Shown: piece after piece, positions 33,097 to 44,613 of the stretch
How positions within the stretch are numbered: the stretch's first letter is position 1
How the letters are laid out: each line of letters opens with the position of its first letter
DNA from: an uncultured delta proteobacterium
GTDB lineage: Bacteria; Myxococcota_A; Polyangia; Haliangiales; Haliangiaceae
Direction: 5' to 3'
Length of the DNA stretch: 64,000 nt
Assembly (NCBI GenBank): GCA_963848295.1
Contig: CAWKDB010000010.1
Location: forward strand, 3,392,001-3,456,000
The notes under the pieces: generated by a model
Told to the model about the DNA's origin: nothing
Seen by the model: only the letters and a program-made list of their open reading frames with translations
The model's database searches: none
Made by a program: the position numbers and the translations under genes

Positions 33097-34997
33097 ACGA
33101 TCAGCCGCGTCCGGACGTGACCGGCGAGCCCGGCGTCGACCTCGACGACATCGCCCGGGCGGAGCAACGCGTTCGACGTCGCATAGCTCGACACGAGGTG
33201 CTCGGCCTTGCGCACCCGATCTTTGACGATCGAGGCGAGCGCGCGCTGGATCGCCGACATGCGCAAGCCGACGCCCGCCGGCGTGCCGGTCGAGATCACG
33301 TCGCCGCGAGCGAGCGGCCGACCGAGCACGACCTTCGCGGCGCGGACGATCGCGACCAGATCGTACGCGAGCTCCTTCGTCGAGGCGCGCTGCCGGCGAT
33401 CGCCGTTGACCCTCGTCTCGATCACGAGCTCGGGGATCGCGGTGATGCCACCGGCCGGAGCCCAGACGCGGTCGGCGACCGGCAAGAACTGCGGGAACGA
33501 CTTCGCGGCGGCCCAATACGCGTATTGCCGATCCATGCCTTCGCCGAGCACCTGGACGAACCGCGCGCTCAGATCGTTCGCGGCGGCGAGGCCGAACGGC
33601 TGCGCGGTGCCGGCGGCGAGCGCCGCGTCGTCGATGTCGCCGAGCGCGACGAGCGCGAGCTCGCCTTCGTAGTCCATCACCGCGGGCACGTGCTCGCCGA
33701 GCCGCTCCGTGATCAGCGCCGCGAGTCCGGGCTCGGTCGCTTCGAGGACCGCGAGGACGTCGCGGCTGTCCGGGGCTCGGACCGAGCAATCGCCGCGCAC
33801 GAACGTCCGCGCGTGCTTCGCGAACGCGATCGGCGGTGTCTTCGCATCGATCGTCTGGCCAGCCTCGCGCGCGTGATCGGTGTAGGTCAGGCCGAGTGCG
33901 ACGATCGCGGTGACGTCGGGCCAGTCGACCTCGTCGCCACGCCGTGGCGCGGGCTGCTCGGTGCCGCCTCGTTGTCGAGCGAGTGCGTCCCACGCGAGGT
34001 ACTTGACGCCGGGTAACGGGGCGCGCTGGTGGATCTCGACCGCGACGCCGCCGGTGGTGCGACGCTCGTCGATGCGCTTCCACGGCAAGCCGGGCGCCGA
34101 TCGCGCGAACACTTCGAGCTGCGCCGAGCCGATGTCGCTCTGCGCGATCATCAGGTCGCGCTCGTCGGTGTCGCGATACGCGTAGCCGACCATCTGCGCC
34201 GGCTCGGCCCACGCTCGCGCATGGATCAACTTGCGCGCGCCGGCGACGGTCGCGGTGACGAGCCCGTGCGGATGGGCCGCGGTGCCCGGGCTGCCATCGA
34301 GCTTCTGCGGCCCGGACAGCTTCAGCGACGACAAGCCCATCGCGAACCGATCGCGCAACGACACCGCGGTGACCTCCAGGCTGCCATCGCCGAGCCACGG
34401 CGCCCAGATCCAGTGCAGCGTCGGGACCCGGCGCTTGCCCCACAGATGCATCGCGAACGCCTTGCCGTGCAGCGTCTGCTCGGCAGCGTCGACGGCGGGG
34501 GCGTGCGGCGCGGTTCGATCGACCATCACGGTCGCGGTCGCGTCGGCGTCGTGGGCGATCACGTGCGCGTGGGTCGGCGCCGGCAACCACGCGGGTAGGT
34601 CGCGCCCGCTCGGATCGGTGCCGCCCGTCCAGCTCGCGTTCCACCGTAGACCTTCGACCGTGCCTCGCGCGCCGGTCCGCGCAAACGTGCTGCCGTCGAT
34701 CTCGATCAGCGCGTCCGGTGCCCCGGGATGGAGCGAGCCGGACTCGCTCTTGGTCGCGGGATCGATGTTCATCTGATCGATCGCGGTGCGGCGCTTCGCG
34801 GCGCGGCTCGGTGGCGTCGCGTCGGCATCGAACCACGCGCCCCAGATCGTCGCGCGTGCATCGCCGCGCTTCGGGACGAACAGCGTCTGGCGTACCCACA
34901 GCGCACGCCGCCGGCTGTCGTCGAGGATGACCGCGAACCAGATCTCGAACCACGGTTGCTGGCCACGCCACACCGGTCGGTCGAGGTCCCGCGCCAT
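33093..34997 (-). CDS. Fusion of a tocopherol-cyclase/AttH-like domain and a fumarylacetoacetate hydrolase domain
   Basis: N-half PWFEIWF..ALWVR..HLWG...WIW; C-half GLTYTDHA, DYEGEL, NDLSAR, KSF, GDVISTGTPAGVG. Confidence 0.75.
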   Translation of the reverse strand: MARDLDRPVWRGQQPWFEIWFAVILDDSRRRALWVRQTLFVPKRGDARATIWGAWFDADATPPSRAAKRRTAIDQMNIDPATKSESGSLHPGAPDALIEIDGSTFARTGARGTVEGLRWNASWTGGTDPSGRDLPAWLPAPTHAHVIAHDADATATVMVDRTAPHAPAVDAAEQTLHGKAFAMHLWGKRRVPTLHWIWAPWLGDGSLEVTAVSLRDRFAMGLSSLKLSGPQKLDGSPGTAAHPHGLVTATVAGARKLIHARAWAEPAQMVGYAYRDTDERDLMIAQSDIGSAQLEVFARSAPGLPWKRIDERRTTGGVAVEIHQRAPLPGVKYLAWDALARQRGGTEQPAPRRGDEVDWPDVTAIVALGLTYTDHAREAGQTIDAKTPPIAFAKHARTFVRGDCSVRAPDSRDVLAVLEATEPGLAALITERLGEHVPAVMDYEGELALVALGDIDDAALAAGTAQPFGLAAANDLSARFVQVLGEGMDRQYAYWAAAKSFPQFLPVADRVWAPAGGITAIPELVIETRVNGDRRQRASTKELAYDLVAIVRAAKVVLGRPLARGDVISTGTPAGVGLRMSAIQRALASIVKDRVRKAEHLVSSYATSNALLRPGDVVEVDAGLAGHVRTRLIV

Positions 34998-35084
34998 CGC
35001 CTCTGATATCGCATGGTTCGCGCGCATCCGATATGGTGTCCACCGGGAAGGCGTCTCGCGGATCTACGGTTCAGCGTGGAGCAC

Positions 35085-35693
35085 ATGTCCCTCACCGGAG
35101 CCCGGCTAGACGTGGCGACTCGAGCAGATGCTAGGAGCCGGCTGCTGGTGGAGCTCGCCGGTGCGCCGGCGCGGCGCGGCTATGCGATCGCGTACGACTT
35201 GCTGCGCGATCGCGCCGAAGCCGAAGAGGCGGTGCAAGATGCGCTCGCCCGCGCGTGCGCGTCGATCGGCGACCTGCGCGATCCCGACGCGGCGCCGGGT
35301 TGGTACTTGCGGATCGTGACCACGATCTGCCTGCGCGTGCTTCGCCGCCGCAAGCTCAAGCGCGCGCTGCTCGGCTGGCTGCCCGGCACCTCCGGCGACG
35401 GCGACCAGCTACCTGCAGGCGAGCCCGCCGCGGAGGGTGTGGCTGCGCGCGTCCATGCCGCCGCCGAGCCCGCCGCGAGCGAGGCGCTGGTCGATCACGA
35501 GCTGCTCGCCGCGATGTTTCGACGCCTCGATCAACTGTCGGCGCAACAGCGCGCCGCGCTCGTCTTGCGCTACGGCCACGATCTGCCGGTTCCCGAGATC
35601 GCCGAGCTCCTCGGCGTCGAGCTCGCGACCGCCAAGACTCACCTCGTGCGCGGGCTCGCCCGTCTGCGCGACCTGATGGAGGAGCACCGATGA
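35085..35693 (+). CDS. ECF sigma-70 factor
   Basis: AEEAVQDA, W..RI..T.C, LSAQQRAALVLRY..EIAELLG....KTHL.RG. Alternative GTG at 35076. Confidence 0.9.
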   Translation: MSLTGARLDVATRADARSRLLVELAGAPARRGYAIAYDLLRDRAEAEEAVQDALARACASIGDLRDPDAAPGWYLRIVTTICLRVLRRRKLKRALLGWLPGTSGDGDQLPAGEPAAEGVAARVHAAAEPAASEALVDHELLAAMFRRLDQLSAQQRAALVLRYGHDLPVPEIAELLGVELATAKTHLVRGLARLRDLMEEHR

Positions 35694-36163
35694 TGACCCC
35701 CTGTGATCGAGTCGCCGAACGGATCGCGCTCGGCGAATCGCTGGACGAGCACACCGACCACATCGCGAGCTGCACGAGCTGCCAACGGCTCGTCGCGTTG
35801 TCGGCGCAGCTCGGCGCGACCAAGCATGCGATCGATCCCGGCCTCGGCTTCTCGGCGCGGATGACGGTCGGTGCGCAGCAGCGGATCGCGTCGCGCCGCC
35901 GGCGTCAGCTCGCGGCCGGAGCGCTCACCGCGCTCGCCGCGTGCGGCGTGTTCGCATTCCTCGCGATGCGCGGCCCGGATCGGCCCGCCGTCGCGACGCA
36001 GGGAGTGCAATCGAATCCGCAGCAGCGTCGCGAGATCGATCCCGATGTCGCCTCGCTCGTTCACCTCGCACGCGCCGAGCGCGTCCACGTCTCGGCGCGA
36101 TGGGGCGCGATCGAAAAACCGCTGAAGCCTTACCGCAAGCTGCTCGAAGGAGTCACGCCATGA
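35690..36163 (+). CDS. Zinc-binding anti-sigma factor (HxxxCxxC) with one TM
   Basis: HIASCTSC; ATGA overlap with the sigma factor. Confidence 0.8.
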   Translation: MMTPCDRVAERIALGESLDEHTDHIASCTSCQRLVALSAQLGATKHAIDPGLGFSARMTVGAQQRIASRRRRQLAAGALTALAACGVFAFLAMRGPDRPAVATQGVQSNPQQRREIDPDVASLVHLARAERVHVSARWGAIEKPLKPYRKLLEGVTP

Positions 36164-37164
36164 CCTCCGCAAAGCTGTTCATGATCGCGATCGCCGGCGG
36201 CCTGCTGCTGTCGAGCGCGTTCGGGCTCGCCGACGACAACAAGCCGCCACCGGCCCCGCCCGCGCCGCCGGCCACGATCGTGCCGCCGATCGCGCCGATG
36301 CCGCCGATGCCGCCGATGCCACCGATCCCGGGAGCCGGCTCCGGCTTCTCGGTGCAGCTCGACGGCGGCAAGCTCGAGATCGCCGGCCTCAAAGGCTTCG
36401 TCGACCAGCAGCTCGACGATGCGCTCGCGAAGGTCGCGGCGGAGAAGAGCCTACCGCCCCAGGTTCGCGACAAGCTGACGAAGCGGCTCGCGAAGATCCG
36501 CGACAAGCTCGGCAAGCGGCTCGACAAGCTCGACATCACCGACATCGATCAGCTCGGCGACGAGCTCGGTGACATGGGCGACGAGATCGGCCAGGAGATG
36601 GAAGGCTTCGGCGACGAGATGGAGAAGTGGGGCGACCAGTACGGCAAGGACTTTGCGAAGGACTTCAAGTTCAAGTGGAACAAGGACCCACACGGCAAGA
36701 TCAACGGCCACCTCCACGCTCGGGCCGACGACGACGACGACGACGACGATGACGCCGATGTCTCGGTGCCCGACCCCAGCGACGACGACGATGACATCAA
36801 GGACGCGCTGCGGGACCTCGGCGACCTCGCGCTCAAGCCGGCCCAGCGCGATGCGATCGGCAAGCTGCGCACCGAGTCCGACAAGCAAGTCGCGACCGCG
36901 AAGAAGGAGCTCGATCGCCAATCCGATGCGTTGAAGGGCCTGCTCGCGAGCCCGAACGCGAGTGACGCCGACGTCGCGCGCGCGGTCGATGCCGTGAGCT
37001 CGCAAGAGGCCGCGATCCGCAAGGCGCGGTTGCTCGCCTGGGTCGACGCGCGCCGCGTGCTCGACGCCGGCCAGCGCGCGAGGGTCGAAGCGGCCGCGAA
37101 GCCGCCCGCTGCGCTGAAGGCACCGAAGCCGCCAGCGCCGCCCGCCGCGCCGAAGACGAAGTAG
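36160..37164 (+). CDS. Periplasmic Spy/CpxP-like protein with Pro-rich and poly-Asp segments
   Basis: Signal peptide; LKPAQR and VLDAGQR LTxxQ-like motifs; third gene of the ECF operon. Confidence 0.72.
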   Translation: MTSAKLFMIAIAGGLLLSSAFGLADDNKPPPAPPAPPATIVPPIAPMPPMPPMPPIPGAGSGFSVQLDGGKLEIAGLKGFVDQQLDDALAKVAAEKSLPPQVRDKLTKRLAKIRDKLGKRLDKLDITDIDQLGDELGDMGDEIGQEMEGFGDEMEKWGDQYGKDFAKDFKFKWNKDPHGKINGHLHARADDDDDDDDDADVSVPDPSDDDDDIKDALRDLGDLALKPAQRDAIGKLRTESDKQVATAKKELDRQSDALKGLLASPNASDADVARAVDAVSSQEAAIRKARLLAWVDARRVLDAGQRARVEAAAKPPAALKAPKPPAPPAAPKTK

Positions 37165-37204
37165 TCGCGGCCCGCGCGAACGGGGCGCGTGTTATGACTC
37201 GCAG

Positions 37205-37798
37205 ATGGTTCGGCTGGCGTACCTCGCGACCATCGCGACGGGCGTGTGCGCCGGCTGCGGGAGCAAACCCGACAGGCCGCCTGCAGTGGCGGTCGTGCAC
37301 GACGCCGGGGTCGATGGCATCACCTCGATCCCGCCATTCGATCCGATGTCGAACATGCACCTCGACGAGGTCACCGCGCCTCGCACGGCCGCACCCGCAC
37401 ACGCCAAGGCCAGCCACGAGATCGCGCTGACGCTACGCTCGACGCCGCCGGGTGCGATCGCGCGGGTCGATGGCGTCGAGGTCGGCCTGACCCCGACGTT
37501 CTGGAGCAGCGCGTTCGACGGCGAGCCGCACGACTTCACGTTCACACTCGATCACTACGCGACCCAAGAGTACAAGTTCGTGCCGGTGACCAGCGGCGTC
37601 GTTCACGTGCGGCTCGATCGGGTCCTCGTCGAAGTCGATGCCGGCGTGCCGGAGCCGATGCTGCGCCATCCGCCGCCCGTCGTGACCCCACCCGATGCCG
37701 CTGCGGCGATACCACCTGACGCGGCCTCGGCGCCCCCACCACCGCGACCGGTGACGATCGATGCGGGCACGACCGGCCTCGGGCCACCGCCGTTCTAG
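37205..37798 (+). CDS. PEGA-domain lipoprotein
   Basis: Lipobox CAGC; LRSTPPGAIARVDG..VG.TP. Confidence 0.75.
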   Translation: MVRLAYLATIATGVCAGCGSKPDRPPAVAVVHDAGVDGITSIPPFDPMSNMHLDEVTAPRTAAPAHAKASHEIALTLRSTPPGAIARVDGVEVGLTPTFWSSAFDGEPHDFTFTLDHYATQEYKFVPVTSGVVHVRLDRVLVEVDAGVPEPMLRHPPPVVTPPDAAAAIPPDAASAPPPPRPVTIDAGTTGLGPPPF

Positions 37799-37870
37799 GC
37801 CGCGAGTGCGTTGCGTTCGCGAGCGACGGGATCTTGCGCACCGGCGTGCCGCGACGTGACAATAGCGAAA

Positions 37871-39136
<1,266 letters not shown>

Positions 39137-39143
39137 CGGCGGC

Positions 39144-39899
39144 CTAGCGACGGGGTTCGATGCGCGAGACGTGGATCTCGGTCGCCGTGCGCAGCGTCGC
39201 GCCGTCGACGTCGAGCTCGACCGCGACGCCGAAGCGATCGCACGAGCTCTGATACGCCTCGTGGGCGGGAAACGTCACGGCGAGGTCGAGGTCACGCTTT
39301 GCGCGGACGGCCTCCGGTGCGAGCGTCGCCTTCGGCAACGCGAACGGATTCCCCGGCACATTGCATTGCGAGTCGTGCAGCCACGCCGCGGATCGCAACG
39401 TCACGTGCGCGGCGGTCGAGCCGCGGTTGTAGATGTGAAACGTGCCGAGGCCGATGTGCGCCGCATCGCCACCGTGGGTGTGGATCGCATAGCCGGGCAC
39501 GCCGACCACCTCGACCGATCCGGCGACCCCCCAGCGCTCGCCGCTGAGCTCGGTGTTGCCGACCGCGAACGTGTCGGGTGCGAGCCACGCCGAATAGCTT
39601 CTCGGTGCGCCGTCGCTCGCGGCGGGTTGGACCATGACCTCGTAGCGGCCGTCGCGAACCGCGACCGTGATCCGGCAGCGGCGCGGATCGGCGTTCTCCG
39701 CCGGGTCGCCACAGGTCGGCTCGGTGTTCGCGCAGCTCGCGAGCGCGGCGTCACTTACGCCGGCGGTCTTCGCCGCGGTCAGCGCTACCTTCGCGGCGCG
39801 ATGGAGCGCGGTGGCTTCACACCGAGGCGGCTTGGGGTCGGCGACCACCGACCGGCCCGAGGCGCCCACGACGACGACGACGACGATCAGCGTCCGCAT
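39144..39899 (-). CDS. Secreted hypothetical protein
   Basis: MRTLIVVVVVVGA signal-like start; Cys pairs; -10-like CATACT 5 nt upstream. Confidence 0.6.
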   Translation of the reverse strand: MRTLIVVVVVVGASGRSVVADPKPPRCEATALHRAAKVALTAAKTAGVSDAALASCANTEPTCGDPAENADPRRCRITVAVRDGRYEVMVQPAASDGAPRSYSAWLAPDTFAVGNTELSGERWGVAGSVEVVGVPGYAIHTHGGDAAHIGLGTFHIYNRGSTAAHVTLRSAAWLHDSQCNVPGNPFALPKATLAPEAVRAKRDLDLAVTFPAHEAYQSSCDRFGVAVELDVDGATLRTATEIHVSRIEPRR

Positions 39900-39937
39900 C
39901 CCACAGTATGGATCGCGCGAGGCGAGCTGTGACGCTT

Positions 39938-40648
39938 TTAGCCGACGCTCGCCCGACGAACGAGGTGCGCGCCCAGCCCGGCGCCGACCGGGGCACCCAC
40001 GAGCAAGAACATCCCCCAGAACGTGATGCGCTCGCCCCCGAGCGTCGGGTGCAGCACCGCTTGTTCGAGGAGGCTCCACAGCATCAGCACGAGCACGCCG
40101 AGCGCGATGCCGCGCACACCGTCTCCGCCGACGACCGTTTGCACGAGCGCGCCGGCCGCCGCGGCTGCGACGATGCCGAACACGGCAAGCGTTGCGGGGT
40201 CGGCAGGCAGGCCGAACGTGTAGCCGATCCTGCCGCCGAGCTGGATCGTGCATGCTGCGACGAGCGCGGCGACGGTTGCCAGCCACACACGGCTCGCCAC
40301 GGCGGGGACGCGCGCACCGAGCGCGCAGGCGAGGCCACTCGCGATCGCGACGACCGGCACCAGGATGATCGCATGCGAGCTGCGTGCGGCGGTGAGCTTG
40401 AACGCGCGCGGCAGTGCGTATGTGATGAACGCGAGCAAGGCGACCGCGACGACGCCGCCGAGTAACGCCGCGAGCTGCGACGCCGATGCGGTGCGACCCA
40501 GCGCCAAACCCGCGAGCAACGCGCCGAGTGGAAGCGCGACGTAGGGCAGCCACTCGGGCTCCAGCTTGAGCATCCACGCGGTCTGCAACACCACGAAGAA
40601 CGCGCCGATGACAGCGAGCGCGCACGCGACCATCCATAGCGGCCGCAT
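39938..40648 (-). CDS. Multi-pass membrane hypothetical protein
   Basis: About 8 hydrophobic segments from MRPLWMVAC. Confidence 0.65.
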   Translation of the reverse strand: MRPLWMVACALAVIGAFFVVLQTAWMLKLEPEWLPYVALPLGALLAGLALGRTASASQLAALLGGVVAVALLAFITYALPRAFKLTAARSSHAIILVPVVAIASGLACALGARVPAVASRVWLATVAALVAACTIQLGGRIGYTFGLPADPATLAVFGIVAAAAAGALVQTVVGGDGVRGIALGVLVLMLWSLLEQAVLHPTLGGERITFWGMFLLVGAPVGAGLGAHLVRRASVG

Positions 40649-40656
40649 GGTAGCGG

Positions 40657-42609
40657 TCAGTAGACGCCCGGCGCCGGCTTCGTGATGTTCGCGACCGGCA
40701 TGCCGCCCGGATCGATCGTGAGGTCGAGCGTGAACACCGCGTCCTGACCATCGCAGTCGGCATCGCCGATGGCCTTCGCGGTGACCGACTTGCCGTCGGA
40801 GTGATAGCTGAAGCGATACATGCTCGGCTCGTCGACCGCGAAGCCGAGCTCGGCCCACGGCCCTTGCTGCCACTGCGCAGCGTCGACCGGGCACTTGTTG
40901 TCGATCACCTTCGTCTGCGGGTTACTCGCCTGGCCACAGCAGGTCGGCGGCGCCGCGATGTCGCCGATCGGGAACTTGCTGTTCTCGGCGTAATAGCGCT
41001 TCGCCGACTTGGCGATCTTGTTGAGCTCGAGCGTTGCTTCGGACTTCTTCGACTTCTTCATGTAGTCCATGAATGCGGGGACGCCGACCGCAGCGAACAC
41101 GCCGATGATCGCGGCGGGCAACATCATCCCGGATTGCCCGGACGCGACGTCGCCGGCGAACGGCGAGCTCGGCGCGGCGGCGGCGATCGCTGTAGCCTTG
41201 TCGCCGGCCTTGCCCGCGAGGAAGTCATCCGGGGTGATCTCGAAGATCTTCTTCACGACATCCGGCGGGTTCGCCCACGCCGTGCGAAACGCCATGCGGA
41301 CGCGGACACCGTCGTCGCCGATCTTTACGCCGAAGCCGATCTCCGACAGCAGGCCCATCGCGCGCAACGCGATCTTGGCCTCCGGCGGCAGCGCGAGGTC
41401 CGCCGGGATCTGAAACGGCACGACCGAAGGCGCGAGCAGCGAACCCCGGCCCCACAGCGCGAACGTCCAGTCGCCGGACGCGAGCTCCTTGCCGACCGCG
41501 GTGAGCGGCACGTCTTTGCCCTCTCCCGCGGCGCCTTTCTTCGCGCCCGCGCGCAGCTCGTTGCCTTCGACCCAGATGTCGATGCCGATGCCCGGCAGCT
41601 GCGGCGTTTCGATCCGACACGCGCCGTCATGCGCGGTGATCTTGACCGCGAGGGCAGCGCCGGCGAGATCGCCGCAGTGCTCGAGCAGCGTCGCGATCGG
41701 TTTAGGATCGGTGAGCGGCGCGTGGAGCTGGACGTCGAGCATGCCGGCGGGCAGCGTGATCAACACCGGGCCCTTGAGTGAGCGCGTGACATCGCGAACG
41801 GAGACGCCGCCACCGAGCGGCTGGTCCCCCGCGGCGAGCAACGCGGGGCCGATGTCGAACGTCGCGAACCCGGCGATGCGATTCGGATCGACCGCGAGCG
41901 GCTTCATCATCCGCGCGACGGTGAGCGGACCGGTCGGCGCGCCGGCGAGGAACGCGCGGACGTCGACCTGGCCTGGATCGAGCGCGATCACGACCGACAG
42001 CGCGCTCGGCATCCCGGGAATCGGCAGCTCGGGTGCATAGACCTCGATGTCGCCGCGGATGCCGCCGACCGCGGCCTTGCCGGGCACCGGGCCTTTGCCG
42101 AGATGGTCGAGCTGCGCGAGGTCCTCTGCGCAGGCGTAGACGCCGGCGACCGGCTTGCACTTCAGCTTGTCGATCTCGTCGACGTCGCCGCGCGTGCCGT
42201 TGAGCGACTTGACGAGCTTGTCGCGATCGCCGAGCGGGAGGATGAAGATCGGCTCGCCGGTCTTCATCGCGAACATCGCGCACGGCTTGGCCGCGAAGCC
42301 GAGATCGAGGAACTGGCCGGACGGCATGCCCGCTGCCGCGAGGGCGGCCTTGAGGATCGGTGCGTACTGCTCGGTCTCGGGCAAGCTCATCACGTCGAGC
42401 AGGGTCGGCACGACATGCGACGCGAGCTCGACGGCGCGCCCCGAGGCGACCCAGCCGACGAGCAGATTGTCGGGCGCGAGCTTCCACATCGCGTCGACGT
42501 CGCCCGCCGGGCGGGAAGCCGATGGGTCCGACGACGCATGGTCCTTGTGACATCCCACCGAGGCGAGCGCGAGACCCGCCATTGCCATTGCACCGGTCGC
42601 CAATTTCAT
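40657..42609 (-). CDS. Lipoprotein with C-terminal type IV pilin-like domain
   Basis: Lipobox SVGC; C-terminal AIIGVFAAVGVPAFMDYMKKSKKSEA..L...YRFSY...AIGDADCDG. Confidence 0.75.
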   Translation of the reverse strand: MKLATGAMAMAGLALASVGCHKDHASSDPSASRPAGDVDAMWKLAPDNLLVGWVASGRAVELASHVVPTLLDVMSLPETEQYAPILKAALAAAGMPSGQFLDLGFAAKPCAMFAMKTGEPIFILPLGDRDKLVKSLNGTRGDVDEIDKLKCKPVAGVYACAEDLAQLDHLGKGPVPGKAAVGGIRGDIEVYAPELPIPGMPSALSVVIALDPGQVDVRAFLAGAPTGPLTVARMMKPLAVDPNRIAGFATFDIGPALLAAGDQPLGGGVSVRDVTRSLKGPVLITLPAGMLDVQLHAPLTDPKPIATLLEHCGDLAGAALAVKITAHDGACRIETPQLPGIGIDIWVEGNELRAGAKKGAAGEGKDVPLTAVGKELASGDWTFALWGRGSLLAPSVVPFQIPADLALPPEAKIALRAMGLLSEIGFGVKIGDDGVRVRMAFRTAWANPPDVVKKIFEITPDDFLAGKAGDKATAIAAAAPSSPFAGDVASGQSGMMLPAAIIGVFAAVGVPAFMDYMKKSKKSEATLELNKIAKSAKRYYAENSKFPIGDIAAPPTCCGQASNPQTKVIDNKCPVDAAQWQQGPWAELGFAVDEPSMYRFSYHSDGKSVTAKAIGDADCDGQDAVFTLDLTIDPGGMPVANITKPAPGVY

Positions 42610-42660
42610 CGCCGCAGCCTATCAGCTGACACCACCGACCGGGCGCGCTATGTAATCCAG

Positions 42661-44472
42661 ATGTCCGCGCCGTACGTCGAGGGTACTGACGGCGATTCGG
42701 CCGGCGAGCGGCCGCGCGGTCAACGCCGCCTCGCGGTGTTGTGGCGGCTGACCGCGCTGATCAGGCCGCACCGCGGGCGGTTCTTGCTCGCGCTCGTCAC
42801 GCTGGTCTTGGCCTCGGGGATCACGCTGGTCTATCCCCAGGCGGCGCGGTTCGCGATCGATTCGGGGTTGACCGAGGCGACGACCGAGAAGCTCGACTGG
42901 ATCGTGCTCGGGCTGTGCGGCTTGTTCGTGATCAACGGCTGCTTGATCTGGCTGCGCCACTACAGTGTGAGCTGGCTCGGCGAGCGAGTCGTCGCGGATC
43001 TGCGCGGGCTCGTCGTCGATCGGATCCTCACGCTGCCGCTCGGCTGGTTCTACGATCGGCGCTCGGGCGAGCTCGTCGGCAGGCTCGCGTCGGACGTCAC
43101 CGTGATCGAAGACGTCGTCGGCAGCGAGCTGTCGATGGCGACGCGCAACGCGGTGCAGATGCTCGGCTCGATCGTGATGTTGTTCGTGATCAACTGGCAG
43201 CTCACGCTCGAGATGCTCGCGATCGTTCCGCCGATCACGTTCGCGACCGTGTTCTTCGGCCGCAAGATCCGCGTGATGACCCGCGGCGTGCAAGACGAGC
43301 TCGCGAAGGTCTCGGGCGAGGTCCAGGAGTCGTTCGGCGCGATCGCGACCGTGCAGGCGTTCGTGCGCGAGGGCCACGAGGCGAAGCGTTATCGCGCCGG
43401 GGTCGAGGGCGCGTTTCGCAAGACGCTCGAGCTCGTGCGCTGGCGTGCGTCGTTCTTCGCGACCGCGTTGACGACCGGTTCGGCCGGGATCGCCGTCGTC
43501 GTGTGGCTCGGCGGCACCGCGCTCGTCCATCACCACATCAAGGCGGGCGAGCTGACGTCGTTCTTCTTCTACACGTTCATCGTGTCGGCGGCGATCGCGG
43601 ACTTGTCGGGGTTGTGGGGCTCGCTGCAGCGCGCCGCCGGTGCGACCGATCGGCTGTTCGCGGTGATCGACACCGTGCCCGAGATCCGCGATCCCGACGC
43701 ACCGCAGCCGTTGCCGGCGGGCGAGGGCGCGATCGCGTTCGAAGGCGTGACGTTCGCGTATCCCGCGCGGCGCGGCCAAGCGGTGCTGACCGACGTGGAT
43801 CTGACGATCCGCCCGGGCGAGGTGGTCGCGCTCGTCGGACCGTCGGGCGCGGGCAAGTCGACGATCCTGTCGCTGCTGTATCGGTTCTACGATGTCGATG
43901 CCGGCCGCGTGCTGTTCGAGGGCGTCGACATCCGCGAGCTGTCGCTGCGCGAGCTGCGCGGGGCGCTCGCGATGGTCGCGCAAGAACCGGTGCTGTTCAC
44001 CGGGACGGTTCGCGACAACATCGGCTACGCCCGCGACGGTGCGAGCCAAGCCGAGATCGAGCAAGCGGCGCGCGACGCGTATGCGCACGACTTCGTGACC
44101 GGATTTCCCGACGGGTACGACACGGTGATCGGCGAGCGCGGCACGAAGCTGTCGGGCGGCCAGAAGCAGCGGATCGCGCTCGCCCGCGCGTTGCTCGCGA
44201 ACCCACGCGTGTTGATCCTCGACGAGGCGACGTCGAACCTCGACGCCGAGAGCGAGGCGGCGGTGCAAGCCGCGCTCGCCCGGCTGATGAAGGGCCGGAC
44301 GACGATCGTCGTGGCCCATCGCCTCAGCACGGTGCGCGACGCCGACCGGATCGTCGTGATCGAGAACGCTCGCATCGTCGAGCAGGGGGCGCACGACGAG
44401 CTGATGGAGCGGCGCGGCACGTACCATCGGTTAGTCGAGCACCAGCTGATCAGCGACCGCGCAGCGTCGTAG
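42661..44472 (+). CDS. ABC exporter, fused permease/ATPase (MsbA/ABCB-like)
   Basis: 6-TM domain; GPSGAGKST, LSGGQKQR, LDEATSNLD, VAHRLST. Confidence 0.95.
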   Translation: MSAPYVEGTDGDSAGERPRGQRRLAVLWRLTALIRPHRGRFLLALVTLVLASGITLVYPQAARFAIDSGLTEATTEKLDWIVLGLCGLFVINGCLIWLRHYSVSWLGERVVADLRGLVVDRILTLPLGWFYDRRSGELVGRLASDVTVIEDVVGSELSMATRNAVQMLGSIVMLFVINWQLTLEMLAIVPPITFATVFFGRKIRVMTRGVQDELAKVSGEVQESFGAIATVQAFVREGHEAKRYRAGVEGAFRKTLELVRWRASFFATALTTGSAGIAVVVWLGGTALVHHHIKAGELTSFFFYTFIVSAAIADLSGLWGSLQRAAGATDRLFAVIDTVPEIRDPDAPQPLPAGEGAIAFEGVTFAYPARRGQAVLTDVDLTIRPGEVVALVGPSGAGKSTILSLLYRFYDVDAGRVLFEGVDIRELSLRELRGALAMVAQEPVLFTGTVRDNIGYARDGASQAEIEQAARDAYAHDFVTGFPDGYDTVIGERGTKLSGGQKQRIALARALLANPRVLILDEATSNLDAESEAAVQAALARLMKGRTTIVVAHRLSTVRDADRIVVIENARIVEQGAHDELMERRGTYHRLVEHQLISDRAAS

Positions 44473-44588
44473 ATTCTCCGACGGCGAGCCGGCGTTCACG
44501 CATGGCGAGGTACCCGGGTGGGTCGGCTAGCACCCCGGGGACCACGCGCGATCTTCGCGAACTCGCTAGCCCCGTCGACTCGGTAAGC

Positions 44589-44604
44589 TGGCTCGCTAGT
44601 CGCA
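44589..44604 (+). promoter_or_regulatory. Putative sigma-54 promoter of the fliA-like gene
   Basis: TGGCTCG-ctag-TCGCA (GG-N10-GC), ending 12 nt before ATG 44617. Confidence 0.55.
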
Positions 44605-44613
44605 ATTTACCTG

